NCBI GenBank assembly: GCA_030770535.1
Contig: JASVEC010000024.1
Span: 1-64,000, forward strand
Length of the DNA stretch: 64,000 bases
Direction of reading: 5' to 3'
DNA from: Batkoa obscura
Taxonomy: Eukaryota
Shown here: positions 1-11,049 of the stretch, in pieces
Numbering within the stretch: position 1 is the stretch's first letter
Layout: every line of letters begins with the position of its first letter
Position numbers and translations under genes: made by a program
Notes under the pieces: model-generated
What the model was told of the DNA's origin: nothing
Databases searched by the model: none
The model's input: only the letters and a program-made list of their open reading frames with translations

Positions 1-443
1 TAATATTTAAGCTTTATTTACGTCCGATACAATGATTAACTCCAACGATTGGTTTTTTCCATAATAATGATAAAGTACGCGCTACTACTGCAACTGAAAT
101 CAATGGAGAACCCATTCCTGGACCTTTATACAGTTATAATAATTCATGTTTATATATTTATTATACCTTTGGTGAAACAAATGACATCAATTTGTCTACA
201 ATCAAGATTAGCAACTTTGAGTGCCTCTTTCAAAAGTCCAATAATGTGTTCACGATGATGTTTTGCAGTATCCTTAGGCAAAAATCCTTGCCCAGGTGGT
301 GTTATATAGGTATGTCTTAAATTGGCTAATATATTAGATTTGATCCTAACATTGTCTTTGAATGTGTGGCTTATAATTCCTACACCTAATTTGTTTGCTG
401 AACCTTCAAGCCCCAAAGCAATTATACTAGTTTGATTTTCCAT
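1..443 (-). CDS. KAE1: tRNA N6-threonylcarbamoyltransferase Kae1/OSGEP (5' part; gene runs off the window start)
   Basis: Exon 1 reads [15 protein letters not shown]...[22 protein letters not shown]...IDVICFTKG. After a GT-AG intron, exon 2 (~22-124) reads [34 protein letters not shown]. Confidence 0.96.
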
Positions 444-942
444 TTCTAATGAATTAAAAAATATCTAAATTTATGAATGAGGTAATATTATTACTTTTGC
501 AAAAATTTAAATTCAAATAGCTACAATAACTTACAGTGTTGAATTTTAGTTGCAAATGACTAGTCATTCATTATAAAAGAGAATTAAGAACTAAACAGAG
601 TAAACCGCAATAAATATATCATTATCATAAAACCATCACTAGTAATTGCACAATTGAACTTCTACAGTTATATTAATAAGATTACAATTTATAAAAAATA
701 AGGCCAAAGTATGTAAAAACAAGATTTTGAAAATGGGTACCATCTTAAAAAGATTATTAAATGAAAAGCATTTTTACTACATTTTACCTTATAATTTCAA
801 GTGTATATATTTTTTATAATAGCTTGATTGGTAATTCTAAATTTTAGGCTTAAAAATAAACAAGGTATTAAAAGAAAATACGCTTTTAAATATAATGATA
901 AGAAAATAGTAAAATCATTATTAGTATGAAAAAGCTGATTAT

Positions 943-1048
943 AAATGGGGATATTTTTTTGGTTTCATTGCTCTTTCCATTTTTTAAGTGCTATTTAAGC
1001 GGAAAAATTGTTAGTAAAATTTTTAAGCAAAAAAGTACATCCCCAAAT
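943..1048 (-). mobile_element. ~105-bp MITE family copy
   Basis: atggggatattttttt...tacatcccca TIRs; core aagtgctatttaagcggaaaa. Confidence 0.88.
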
Positions 1049-1234
1049 ACAGCTTTAATTGTAGAGTGTAAAGTTATATGCATTTTTAAAGCAGTATAAT
1101 TTAAAAAATGAAAAGCTATCAATTTTTTTATAAAATAGACAAAAATTAAATATAAAAGTTTTAGATTTAACATAAATAGAAGTTAACATAATTATTCAAA
1201 AATAATTAATAATCATAAATATTTATAAAACAAT

Positions 1235-1340
1235 ATATGGGGCTGTTTTTTCTGGTTTCATTATTTTTCCATTTTTTTAAGCGCTATTTGAGTGGAAATT
1301 TGTTGGTAAAATTCTTGAACACAAAAATACATCCTCATAT
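1235..1340 (-). mobile_element. ~105-bp MITE family copy
   Basis: atatggggctgtttttt...tacatcctcatat with the same core. Confidence 0.88.
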
Positions 1341-1681
1341 ATTAAATATATAAATATATATCCATTTTATATTTAAAAAACAATAAAACAATAAACAAAG
1401 CATACTTCAATTATCTATTTAAAATATTAAATCATGCTTCAATATATGCAAAAGACTCTTTAACCAATTTAATATTTAAAGAGCTTTTATTCAAAAAGTT
1501 CATAAAAAATTGTTTTAAAATTTAAAAGTTTTTATAAAATAAATAGTAGTTTTAAATACTAATCTTAATTTTTTTACTAAATATTGTAAAAAAAGTATAG
1601 CTGATGAACATCTTAGAAAATTTTTATAATAGAAAAATAGCTTTAAAACATTAAATAATATAGAAAATATTAATTAACTAG

Positions 1682-2144
1682 TGTGAAATCTGGTACTCAG
1701 TGTTTGGAGTCAAGAACGGCTATTGCTGGGTTGACTACACTATAAGTCGAAAGGTCTTAGTTTATGTGACTAAGATAGACTTGGATTATGAGGAATAGCA
1801 CGTAATAGGTTACAAGCTATATAATACAAATAGAATAGACAATACTAATGTAAATCTATGTAAAATACTACTAAGAAAACTTAGTGGCTTTATTAAATGT
1901 TCGAGATATCAAAGAATAGTTCAGTTAAAAAGCCTCGAACTACTATACTCTATAAACTCTTTTATACTCTGAAAAGTATAGATATCAAAATGAGAAGATA
2001 ATATTCTTTTGGATGGAGCTAGAAATTCTTATAGCAAATCAAACTAAGAATGTGGGATTGATTTTCTCTGAGCTCGAGAACACAACAGTTTAGGCGATTA
2101 TTATACTATAGTTAACCATAGGGCTGGCAAAGCGATATTCCACA
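1682..2144 (-). mobile_element. Putative solo LTR (~463 bp)
   Basis: TG...CA ends with a short inverted repeat (tgtgaaat / attccaca). Flanks ctag/ctaa are a near 4-bp TSD. GC is higher than the surroundings. The minus strand has TATAAA (~1961-1966) followed ~70 nt later by AATAAA (~1888-1893). Confidence 0.55.
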
Positions 2145-2355
2145 CTAATTCAGAAATTTATATCAAATTTAGTAGAAGTTCTACTAACTTATGATACAAA
2201 TTATAATAAAACAATTCAAAATTATTGAGCCGAGAGTACTTTTGATTTTTAACAAAAATTTATTATGTAATTTAAACAAAGCTTTTAAATTACAAAATCC
2301 TTAAAAATTGGATAAAAAAATGAAATCAATTAAGACATCCCCATATCATTAAATA

Positions 2356-2458
2356 AATAGGGATATGCTTTTACGTTTAAGAATTTACTAACAAATTTTC
2401 CGCTTAAATAGCGCTTAGAAGATAGAAAAAATGATGAAGCCAAAAAAGCATCCCTAAA
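2356..2458 (+). mobile_element. ~105-bp MITE family copy, preceded by a 3' fragment at ~2303-2346
   Basis: atagggatatg...ttttccgcttaaatagcgcttag...gcatcccta; the upstream fragment ends in acatccccatat. Confidence 0.85.
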
Positions 2459-2906
2459 TGTTTAACTATTTAAATTTTAATTCAGCATTGTTCACAGATG
2501 CTAAAATTCAATTGTGTAATAACTATCAGTAATTTTTATAATCAATAGCTTAATTATTTATGCTAATTTACCACTAAGCTCTCAACTTTTTATTTTAGAA
2601 TGAATAGTTACTGCACAAATTAGATTTAATAGCCTTATCAAAATCAAATTTTGCAAGAGCACAATATTCCTTAAAATGTCCATATTTTTGAGAATTCCAA
2701 TAAAATTTTCAATAAACACTACAAGTAATTATTGGTTAATTGTCAACCCAGCTTGCAAAAGTTTCAAAAAGTTCTAAATTTTTTAGCCAATAACCTTATT
2801 TTTGCAAGGGTGAAAATTTTTTTCAATAGTTAAAACGAAATTCAAATAATTTAAAAAATTCTCTCCCGGTTGATAACTTATACCTTCTGGTGTTCAATTA
2901 ATTAAA

Positions 2907-4046
2907 ATGTCCAAGTAAGTAAACTATCCAATAGTTCCTAATACTAGATCTCTTTACTCCATATGGTTTCAGCGGCATCGAACTTAAATTGCAGTAGGTA
3001 AATTAGTTTTGAAGCAGTTTAATCTAACAAATTACCTGTAAAACTTAATACCTTAATAAGCTGGCTTCGGCTACTGTAATATATTAAGTTACTCATGACT
3101 TATACTAAACTTGGTGTACGTTTCACCAAGGCTATATTCGGAATACTATAGTAGTTCCATATATAGTTGTTTACTGTATATCAAGAAGTGCCGCTGTCAC
3201 TGCTGTTCCTTGCTATATGCATTGCCAGTTTTGAATGGGCTGATTACAGTAAAATACTAAAGCGTTATTATAGTTTCGAAATCCTCAAACCTGAATCTCT
3301 TTTAAAGAAGGAAGCTGCTCTTGCTAAAGCTACTGAAGAAGCCAAGCAAAAGGAAGAAGCTCAAAAGCAAGTAAGGATAATTCATTGTATTCAATAATTT
3401 TGTTTAACTTGAAACTTAGGCTAAAAAAGAGCTTAACAAAACCATTATTGCTCGTGCTGCCAAGTATGCTAAGGAATACCACGCAAAAGAACGTAGTGAA
3501 ATTGCTGCCCGCCGTCAAGCTCGTTCAGTTGGAAACTTCTACGTTCCAGCTCAACCAAAACTTGCTTTTGTTATCCGTACCAAAGGTATTAACAAGATTG
3601 CCCCAAAACCACGTAAGATTCTCCAACTTTTACGTCTTCTCCAAATCAACAATGGTATCTTTATTAGATTAACTAAAGCTACCAAGCAAATGCTTCAAAT
3701 CATTGAACCATATATTACTTACGGAGAACCAAATCTTAAAACCGTTAAAGAGCTTATCTACAAACGTGGTTATGGTAAGATTGATCGTCAACGTATCCGT
3801 CTTCTCAAGAATGAGCTCATTGAAAAATCCCTTGGTAAATATGGTATCATTTGTGTTGAAGATCTTATTCACGAGATCTACACTGTTGGTCCACACTTCA
3901 AACAAGCCAACAACTTCTTATGGCCATTCAAGCTTTCTTCCCCAACTGGTGGATGGAAAGGAAAGAAATCCAAGCATTTCATTATTGGAGGTAACACTGG
4001 TGATCGTGAATCTCGTATTAACAACCTTGTTCGTCAAATGAACTAA
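2907..4046 (+). CDS. RPL7: 60S ribosomal protein L7 (uL30); exons 2907-2914, 3274-3370, 3420-4046
   Basis: Spliced product [15 protein letters not shown]...AAKYAKEY...GNFYVP...[15 protein letters not shown]...[26 protein letters not shown]...[15 protein letters not shown]. Confidence 0.97.
2970..3196 (+). ncRNA. Candidate structured RNA element in RPL7 intron 1
   Basis: Outer stem cagcggca (2970-2977) / tgccgctg (3189-3196) encloses two mutually compatible multi-way junction domains, including a c(UUCG)g tetraloop (see findings). Confidence 0.65.
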
Positions 4047-4250
4047 GTTATAAATAAAATAAAGTGATTTCATTAAAGTTTATTTTTAATACTAATTTAT
4101 TAGTTGTGTTTTCATACCTTTTGATGTGTATATCTTATGATCTTTAGTATCAGACATATTCACAGCCTTTAAAATTTAACTTTTGTATACAAATGAAATT
4201 TTATAAATTTATTAAAATTTAAAATAACGAATTAGGTTAGTAAAATAAGA

Positions 4251-6782
4251 TTATATTCGAAATTCAGCGACATGCTCTTCTCTTAATATATTTATCTCAT
4301 CAATATGAACTTTAGATTTGTAAACGCAAAATGCAAGTTTAAGAAGTTTAGGGGTTTGTCTAGCTATCCGTTGAGGTATAGATTTTAAGTAGTTATAAAT
4401 TGAGGATGAGCTATTTAACCTTAAAAGATTATCCATATTAAGTTCAAGCATTGCTAAAGAAATGCGAAACAATGTTGCATCTCCTTCAATTAAAAATACA
4501 TCCCAGATTCTTAAGACCAATGGAAATGGAGCGCAGCTCGTAAAAAGTGAAAGAAACCAGTTAAAGGTAATGGCTCCAAGATCTACCCCTAACATATCAA
4601 AGTGGCGATTTAATCTAGGAAGGTACTTACTAACAAAGTCTTTTAACACCCTTTGATCAGCTTGAGAAACTAATAGGGTGCTAGTAAAGTATTCCGATGG
4701 TAATACGTGTTCAATAATAGCAGCTAATGTCCAAAAAACTTCTTCTTCAGTAGGTAATACCAAAAGTAGTGTTGCAGCTATCAAATTCATACTTTGGCAA
4801 TACCCTACTGAAGGATTATGAATAGAATAGGCTAATAGTATTCGATAAAGCTTTTCAACACCCTGACCTTCTGATGAAAAATAGGTATTATTTGGCATAG
4901 TTCTATGAATATCTAACTCAATTTGGGGTTTGAATGGTGAGGAAGATACAATAGATTTCATAATGAGTCCTTGATAATAGCCTATTTCATTCATCTGTGA
5001 TCCTCCAGAGCATTCAAACCAGAGTTTGGCCCTAAAACGCGCTGGTATGCCAGCTCTGGCCAGGTGCCGCAATTCACGTCTCTTTTCTATGGATAATCTT
5101 GATATGACTAGGTTTTTACGTTGTGAAAGAATAGAAAATTTTGAACAAACTTTTTCTGAGCTAGAATTGCTACTTGGGGCTAAGGGATGCGGAAGTCGAT
5201 TTTCGTTCTCTAAATCATTTAGCTCGTTTTTCAATTCGATTATTGGAGCATGCTGATCCATAAAGTTATCCCAACGCTCATCATGGTCAAGTCGAGGTGA
5301 GTCATCTTTAGTATCAACAAATTGAGAGAGTAGTTTACTAACTGCAGGTAAGGTTGCATTTGCAGTATGTAAACCCTGAGTTGTAAATGATGATATTCCT
5401 ATTGTAGGTGATGTACAATTAGAGTTTACAAAAGCTGGTTGTTCTAAATCTTTTCCAATTGGGTATGTATTGGCATGAGTAAATGGCGGAGAAGCAATAA
5501 CTATTGACCCTCTTCTAGACCAGTACTGACTATTTGATAATGGTGTCATTTCAAGGTACATGTTTTCATTTTCTGAAGGACTAGCACATAGTTCTGGAAG
5601 CTCGTTATTGGGCGAAAATTGGTCTTCAGTTGATAAATATGGACTGAAAGGTGAGTCAAAAACTAAATTTTGATCACTATTGGTATTGCAAAGCTTTGAA
5701 TCGAGATTCTTTTCTTCAAGGTTTTGAACTACCATTTCGTATCCAAAATCATTATTATCTTCAGCAGTGGTTGGTAGTCCATTTAAATGGTATGTTGGTT
5801 CTTGTTTAACATTCTGAACTCTAGTTAAAAGTCCTAGAGTCCATTCTGAAATTTTTTTAGAAGTACGTTTGGAATTTGTATGAAGAGTTGAAGTCCCAGA
5901 GGTATGTGAATTTGTAAGAAGATTGGAGGCTAAGGTAATAGCTTTGAAATGGAATGGTTTAGGGATTGGTTGAGTTACATTAGTGTTTTCAGCTTCTTTA
6001 TCAAGGATAAATCCTTCAAGTTTATCATTAGATTTGGAACTTATTAGTGAAGAGTAAGAGAAGGTGGATGCATTATCGCTATCATAATTAGGAGAAGTAG
6101 TAGTACAGTCATTGCTAATCTTTAATGATTTATCAACATTTTTATTCAGATGTGAATTTTGATGCTCATTATGTAAATCTAAATTAAAAGAACAGTCACT
6201 ATGTAAATCTAATGACTTTCTTTTATCTAAAAGGTCACTTAACAATCCTTTGCCCGGTTTAAATAATTTAGAAGAGTATGTATAAATAGATTCTTCCTTT
6301 TCAGTTGAAGATAATATTTGTGAATTAATGGTCGATAAGTTGTTATTTTTAGAACGTGGTATCTTAAGCAACCCTGAAGTTATTTTTCTTTTCAAATTAA
6401 TAATGTCTTCATCTTTCTGACAAGATTGGATATAAACGTTATTGAGCTCACGAGAAAGGTACTTGATTAATAACATAGGGGAGCAGGGTAGCCCAGTTAA
6501 AATTAAATCTAACTCTTGGTCCGGTATCTCAAAAATCTGAGCAGAAATTGGAATACGATAGATATTGCTGGAATCATTGGATCTACTATTATCCATAAGA
6601 GGTGTTTCATTGATAAATTCCTTGCCGTTTATCAAAACATCATGTAAATAATCGTTAAGACTACTCCTAAATTCAACTGAGCTAACTTCAATACGACATA
6701 AGTTTGGTTTGAGAGAATTCCAACTTTCCGATAATGGATGTTCCTGAGCTAATGATATTGATTCCGTGCCTTTAGTTGTCAT
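4251..6782 (-). CDS. TBC-domain Rab GTPase-activating protein
   Basis: C-terminal GIPARFRAKLW, QIELDIHRT (Arg finger), GYCQSMN (Gln finger), WFLSLF, LRIWDVF. Long Ser-rich N-terminus. Confidence 0.93.
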   Translation of the reverse strand: MTTKGTESISLAQEHPLSESWNSLKPNLCRIEVSSVEFRSSLNDYLHDVLINGKEFINETPLMDNSRSNDSSNIYRIPISAQIFEIPDQELDLILTGLPCSPMLLIKYLSRELNNVYIQSCQKDEDIINLKRKITSGLLKIPRSKNNNLSTINSQILSSTEKEESIYTYSSKLFKPGKGLLSDLLDKRKSLDLHSDCSFNLDLHNEHQNSHLNKNVDKSLKISNDCTTTSPNYDSDNASTFSYSSLISSKSNDKLEGFILDKEAENTNVTQPIPKPFHFKAITLASNLLTNSHTSGTSTLHTNSKRTSKKISEWTLGLLTRVQNVKQEPTYHLNGLPTTAEDNNDFGYEMVVQNLEEKNLDSKLCNTNSDQNLVFDSPFSPYLSTEDQFSPNNELPELCASPSENENMYLEMTPLSNSQYWSRRGSIVIASPPFTHANTYPIGKDLEQPAFVNSNCTSPTIGISSFTTQGLHTANATLPAVSKLLSQFVDTKDDSPRLDHDERWDNFMDQHAPIIELKNELNDLENENRLPHPLAPSSNSSSEKVCSKFSILSQRKNLVISRLSIEKRRELRHLARAGIPARFRAKLWFECSGGSQMNEIGYYQGLIMKSIVSSSPFKPQIELDIHRTMPNNTYFSSEGQGVEKLYRILLAYSIHNPSVGYCQSMNLIAATLLLVLPTEEEVFWTLAAIIEHVLPSEYFTSTLLVSQADQRVLKDFVSKYLPRLNRHFDMLGVDLGAITFNWFLSLFTSCAPFPLVLRIWDVFLIEGDATLFRISLAMLELNMDNLLRLNSSSSIYNYLKSIPQRIARQTPKLLKLAFCVYKSKVHIDEINILREEHVAEFRI

Positions 6783-8164
6783 ATAACTTAATTTGTATTA
6801 ATGAGGTTCTTTGTATGAAAGATAAGTATATACTAATCTTGAGGTTCAATTCTATTTATCAAAGTAACAGTATGTAAATCTAAATGCTCTTTAATATTAG
6901 GTGATAATATGTTTAAATAAAAATTTCAAAAAGCAGTATTTTCTAATCCATAAACAAAACAAAAAAATGAATATTATGAAAAGATGATCAATATAGCATT
7001 TAGTTTTGACTACACTACTAGTATTAATTAGTTTATCGTCAAATAAATGAATTTGATGAAATCGAGAATAAAATAGATTCCGTTAAATTGAACCAAATAG
7101 ACTAAAATGAAACTTAAATTTAACTGAAATTAATTTAAAAGATTTCTAATAGAAATGGCAGCTATTGGTTAAAATACATTAAATGAAACAAATACATTTT
7201 TATTACAGCTTATTTACAAAGCACCAATTTACAAAACTTATTTGATTGGTAGATATAAATAGACAAAAAATGATTTATTAATTTCCTTGTTTGAATTGTA
7301 ACATTTGCGTAATAATTTAAACTCGTTTATTATAAGTATAATATTAAATATTAGAAATATTAGTTACAGCTTTATTTAATATTTCAATGAATAAAATTAA
7401 ATAATTTATAGATAAAATGGAAAGAGATACTCAAAGTCAGAGCTATTTGCATTTAAATTTGATTTATCCTAACATATCTTTGTAGGAATGAATAAAGTGT
7501 CAAAAATTAAAAGTTCAAAGTATCCTTTTTATTTACATGACAAAGTCACTATAATAATAAGTGTGAAATTTAAAGTTAATATTCATGTCATAGTATATAT
7601 TTTATCAAGCATCCTATAAACTGATAAGTAATGGGATCATTGCATTTTTATATCTAACAAATAAAAAAAGATGTTAGGTCTGAGATAGAAAATTATCTAC
7701 AATGTTATATTTGAATAGAAAATCAATAAAGATATTGAATATCAACTTAATATTCTAGTTTGATTCTTTTCAAGATTTTGTTGAAAAAGGTAGTTTAAGA
7801 TATATTGATTGTAATTTTATATTTAACATAATGTTGTAGTTAAAACTATAAAAATTAGGAAGATTACTCAGATCAATATATTTTAGATACAGCAACTAAT
7901 TTTAAAGCAAATTCATATCACTACTTATTTCGCCTTTAAATTACCTACTTAATAAAAAAAGTTCAAATAAAAAGAGGAATACTATGCTATACCAAAAATA
8001 CTTTTTACTTTTAGAATTCTTACTATCTATATAACAAAGTTTCTAATGACTGTTTGTAATTTAAATAAAATTTAATATTTTATTTTATATATGTGGTAAA
8101 ATCTATTATAAAAATGATGATTGAATCTATTTTTAAAGTTATATTTCATTCATGGTTAATAAGT

Positions 8165-8482
8165 TTAATTGCTCGTGGCTGAAACGTTTTGATCCTTTTC
8201 TAGTTCTCTTTGTAGTTTCTGCTGATATTCTAAATCCAACTGATTCTGTCTTTTTATTTTGGCCTTTTCATCATCTCTTCTTGGGCCTTCACGCATTATC
8301 TAAAATACATACGTAAGTATTTGTTCTTATAAAATTGAATATAGAGTAGTTTCTGAAATTATAATAATCATATAATCTTTACTTACAAATCTTTCTTCTA
8401 TCTGCATATAATGAACACCTACGACAGTAATTACTGCAAACGTTATTGAAGCGGCAAATGTTAGCTTTGCTTTTGATGACAT
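8165..8482 (-). CDS. PET117: Cytochrome c oxidase assembly factor Pet117; exons 8482-8387, 8299-8165
   Basis: Not in the ORF track. Spliced product MSSKAKLTFAASITFAVITVVGVHYMQIEERF-IMREGPRRDDEKAKIKRQNQLDLEYQQKLQRELEKDQ matches the PET117 pattern (VVGVHY, M/LxxG..RD, EQ..L). Confidence 0.9.
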
Positions 8483-8896
8483 TAAGGTAAACTATGTTAA
8501 ATATTATGAGATATTATCAATTATTTTACATTTTTTGAAAATATTCTTCAAATAACATATGGTCAATGATTGGCCTATTTGCCATGAACCCCAAAATTAA
8601 ACTGAAATTTTCGAAACTCATGGCTAAGAGAAAAATTGAAACACATGAACCAATAAAGAGTAACGTACGATTTTCAAAAGTATATAATCATTATTTTATA
8701 GACAAGAGACTTTATACAACTTTCATCCAAACTTCAAAAAAGTATTACCTTTTTGAAGTTTTATTAAAGCCAACACGTTCGCTAACTTACTATCTTCTTT
8801 ACATAACCCGTTTCGAGGCCATAAAAGAGTCGGTACCAAACCTAAAACAAATAAGTAGAATTCCAACTCTTCCTTGAAGCAACTTATATTTTAAAA

Positions 8897-10529
8897 ATGT
8901 CACCAGCAAATTTAATTTACAATAATGTTCCAGAAACTACTGAACCCCTTAAGGTTAAAGTAGATTCTGAGAATACTGTCTATACTGACGAGCACATAAT
9001 TTCCAACTATGTTTATCGTAACTCAAAAGCTATCCGTGATGTCAATGGTAACTTTAAAGTCACCCCAATTAACAAAGCTTATACTTTTAAAACTGAAATT
9101 CAAGTTCCAAAAGTTGGGTAAGTATTATTATTAATTATGGTTTTATATTTATATTTATACTCAATTTAGTTTGATGATGGTAGGTTGGGGTGGTAACAAT
9201 GGTTCTACTCTTACTGCTTCTATCATTGCTAATCGTAAGGATATGAAATGGATGACTAAAGAAGGAGAAAAATCTAGTAATTATTTCGGTTCTTTAGTTA
9301 TGGCATCTACCCTTAAAATTGGTATTGATGAAGAAGGTAAAGATGTATTTATTCCATTTAATGATTTACTTCCAATGGTCCACCCAAATGATTTAGTTTT
9401 GGGTGGATGGGATATTTCAGATTTTAATCTCGCTCAAGCTATGGAAAGAGCTCAAGTATTAGATTATGATTTACAATCCAAATTAAAAGAAGAACTTTCA
9501 AGTCTCAAACCATTACCATCCATTTATTATCCTGATTTTATTGCTGCTAATCAAGGAGAACGTGCTAATAATGTACTTCCAGGTAATAATAAATGGGAAC
9601 ATTTGGAAAAGATTCGTTCGGATATTCGTAATTTCAAACAAGATAATGGACTTGATAAAGTTATTGTTATTTGGACTGCTAATACTGAACGTTTTGCCAG
9701 TATCATCCCAGGTGTCAATGATAGCGCTGATAATCTTTTACAAGCTGTTAAAAATAGTCATGAAGAAATTTCTCCATCCACTATCTTTGCTCTTGCTTCC
9801 ATTATGGAAAATACTCCATTCATTAATGGTTCTCCACAAAATACGTTTGTACCAGGCTGTGTTGAATTTGCTGAAAAGAACCGTGTTCATATTGGTGGTG
9901 ATGATTTTAAGAGTGGACAAACTAAAGTTAAATCTGTATTAGTTGACTTTTTAGTTAATGCAGGTATTAAACCTACTTCTATTACTAGTTATAATCATTT
10001 AGGTAACAATGATGGTATGAATCTCTCTGCTCCACAACAATTTCGTTCCAAAGAAATCTCAAAAAGTAATGTAGTCGATGATATGGTAGCTGCCAATAGA
10101 ATTCTTTATAAGAAAAATGAACATCCAGATCATGTAGTAGTTATTAAGTATGTACCTAATGTAGGTGATTCTAAACGTGCTTTAGATGAATATGTTAGTG
10201 AAATTTTTATGGGTGGTAAGAACACTATTTCTTTATATAATACTTGTGAAGATTCTTTACTTGCTTCTCCACTTATTATTGATCTTGTTGTGATTACTGA
10301 ACTTATGACTCGTATCCAATTTAAGACTGATGAAATCACTGAATTTGCTCCTTTCCACTCAGTTCTTTCTATCTTATCTTATATGCTTAAGGCTCCTATG
10401 GTTCCTCCTGGTACCGCTGTCGTTAATGCTCTCTCTAAACAACGTAATGCAATGGAAAACATTCTTCGTGCTTGTATTGGATTAGAACCACAGAATGATA
10501 TGCTTTTAGAATCCAAAGCTTTCCACTAA
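8897..10529 (+). CDS. INO1: Inositol-3-phosphate synthase (intron ~9118-9169)
   Basis: [58 protein letters not shown]. Confidence 0.98.
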
Positions 10530-11049
10530 ACTTAACTGATACTATGAAAACTATTTTTCATTTTACCTTTAATTATTTTACTATCATTCAACTTTGTTTC
10601 TAAAAAAATCTAACAGATAATTCAACTAAAAAGCTTTTAGTTGCTTACATTATTAACACATTTAAAAGAATTGATATTATTATGTAAGTATTGATTAATT
10701 CATACATATCAAGAATAACTTTTAAAACCTTATATCTTTAATATTATTCAAAAAAAGCTATTTAGATAGGTCAAACTAATGATGTTTAAGTTTATCTTTG
10801 AACTATTTAAGTCAGTTCTATTAAATAGTAGTATTTTGGACTCATTTGATATAATTAGAGTAAGTTTTATTGGGCAAATCAAAGAAAATAAGTACATTAC
10901 TTATCTAATAATTATATACTTGTCTTATATTTATCTAATTTACGCCTAATATCATATATGATTAACAATGTCTAACTTTTCAAAATTCTAAAATATAAAT
11001 TCTAAAATAAATTAGAATAGATTTAATGTGAATCAATTGGCATTGAGAA

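Larger units (their letters stand above)
481..2670. mobile_element. Decayed long-TIR DNA element (possibly Mutator-like, non-autonomous) with nested insertions
   Basis: 481-660 aligns by eye, colinearly, with the reverse complement of ~2505-2670 (ggtaatatt..ttgcaaaaattt vs ggaatatt..ttgcaaaattt; gactagtcattc vs aactattcattc; tagtaattgcacaattgaa vs tagttattacacaattgaa). No clear TSD and no transposase. Confidence 0.5.

Noticed and set aside
2915..3273. RPL7 intron as RNase P/MRP, SRP, snRNA, TPP riboswitch, hammerhead or canonical snR39/snR59
   Set aside because: Diagnostic motifs not seen by eye (GAAAGUCCCC, SRP helix 8, U5 loop, CUGAGA, CUGAUGA..GAAA, RUGAUGA with the snR39 guide). An Rfam scan is still needed.
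3167..3905. Extra ORFs at 3167, 3330, 3385, 3669, 3703
   Set aside because: Shadow frames or intron-extended pieces of RPL7.
8566..8877. 103-aa ORF upstream of INO1
   Set aside because: Lies in the PET117-INO1 promoter/5' region with CCAAT boxes and has no recognisable domain; likely chance, although a uORF is not excluded.
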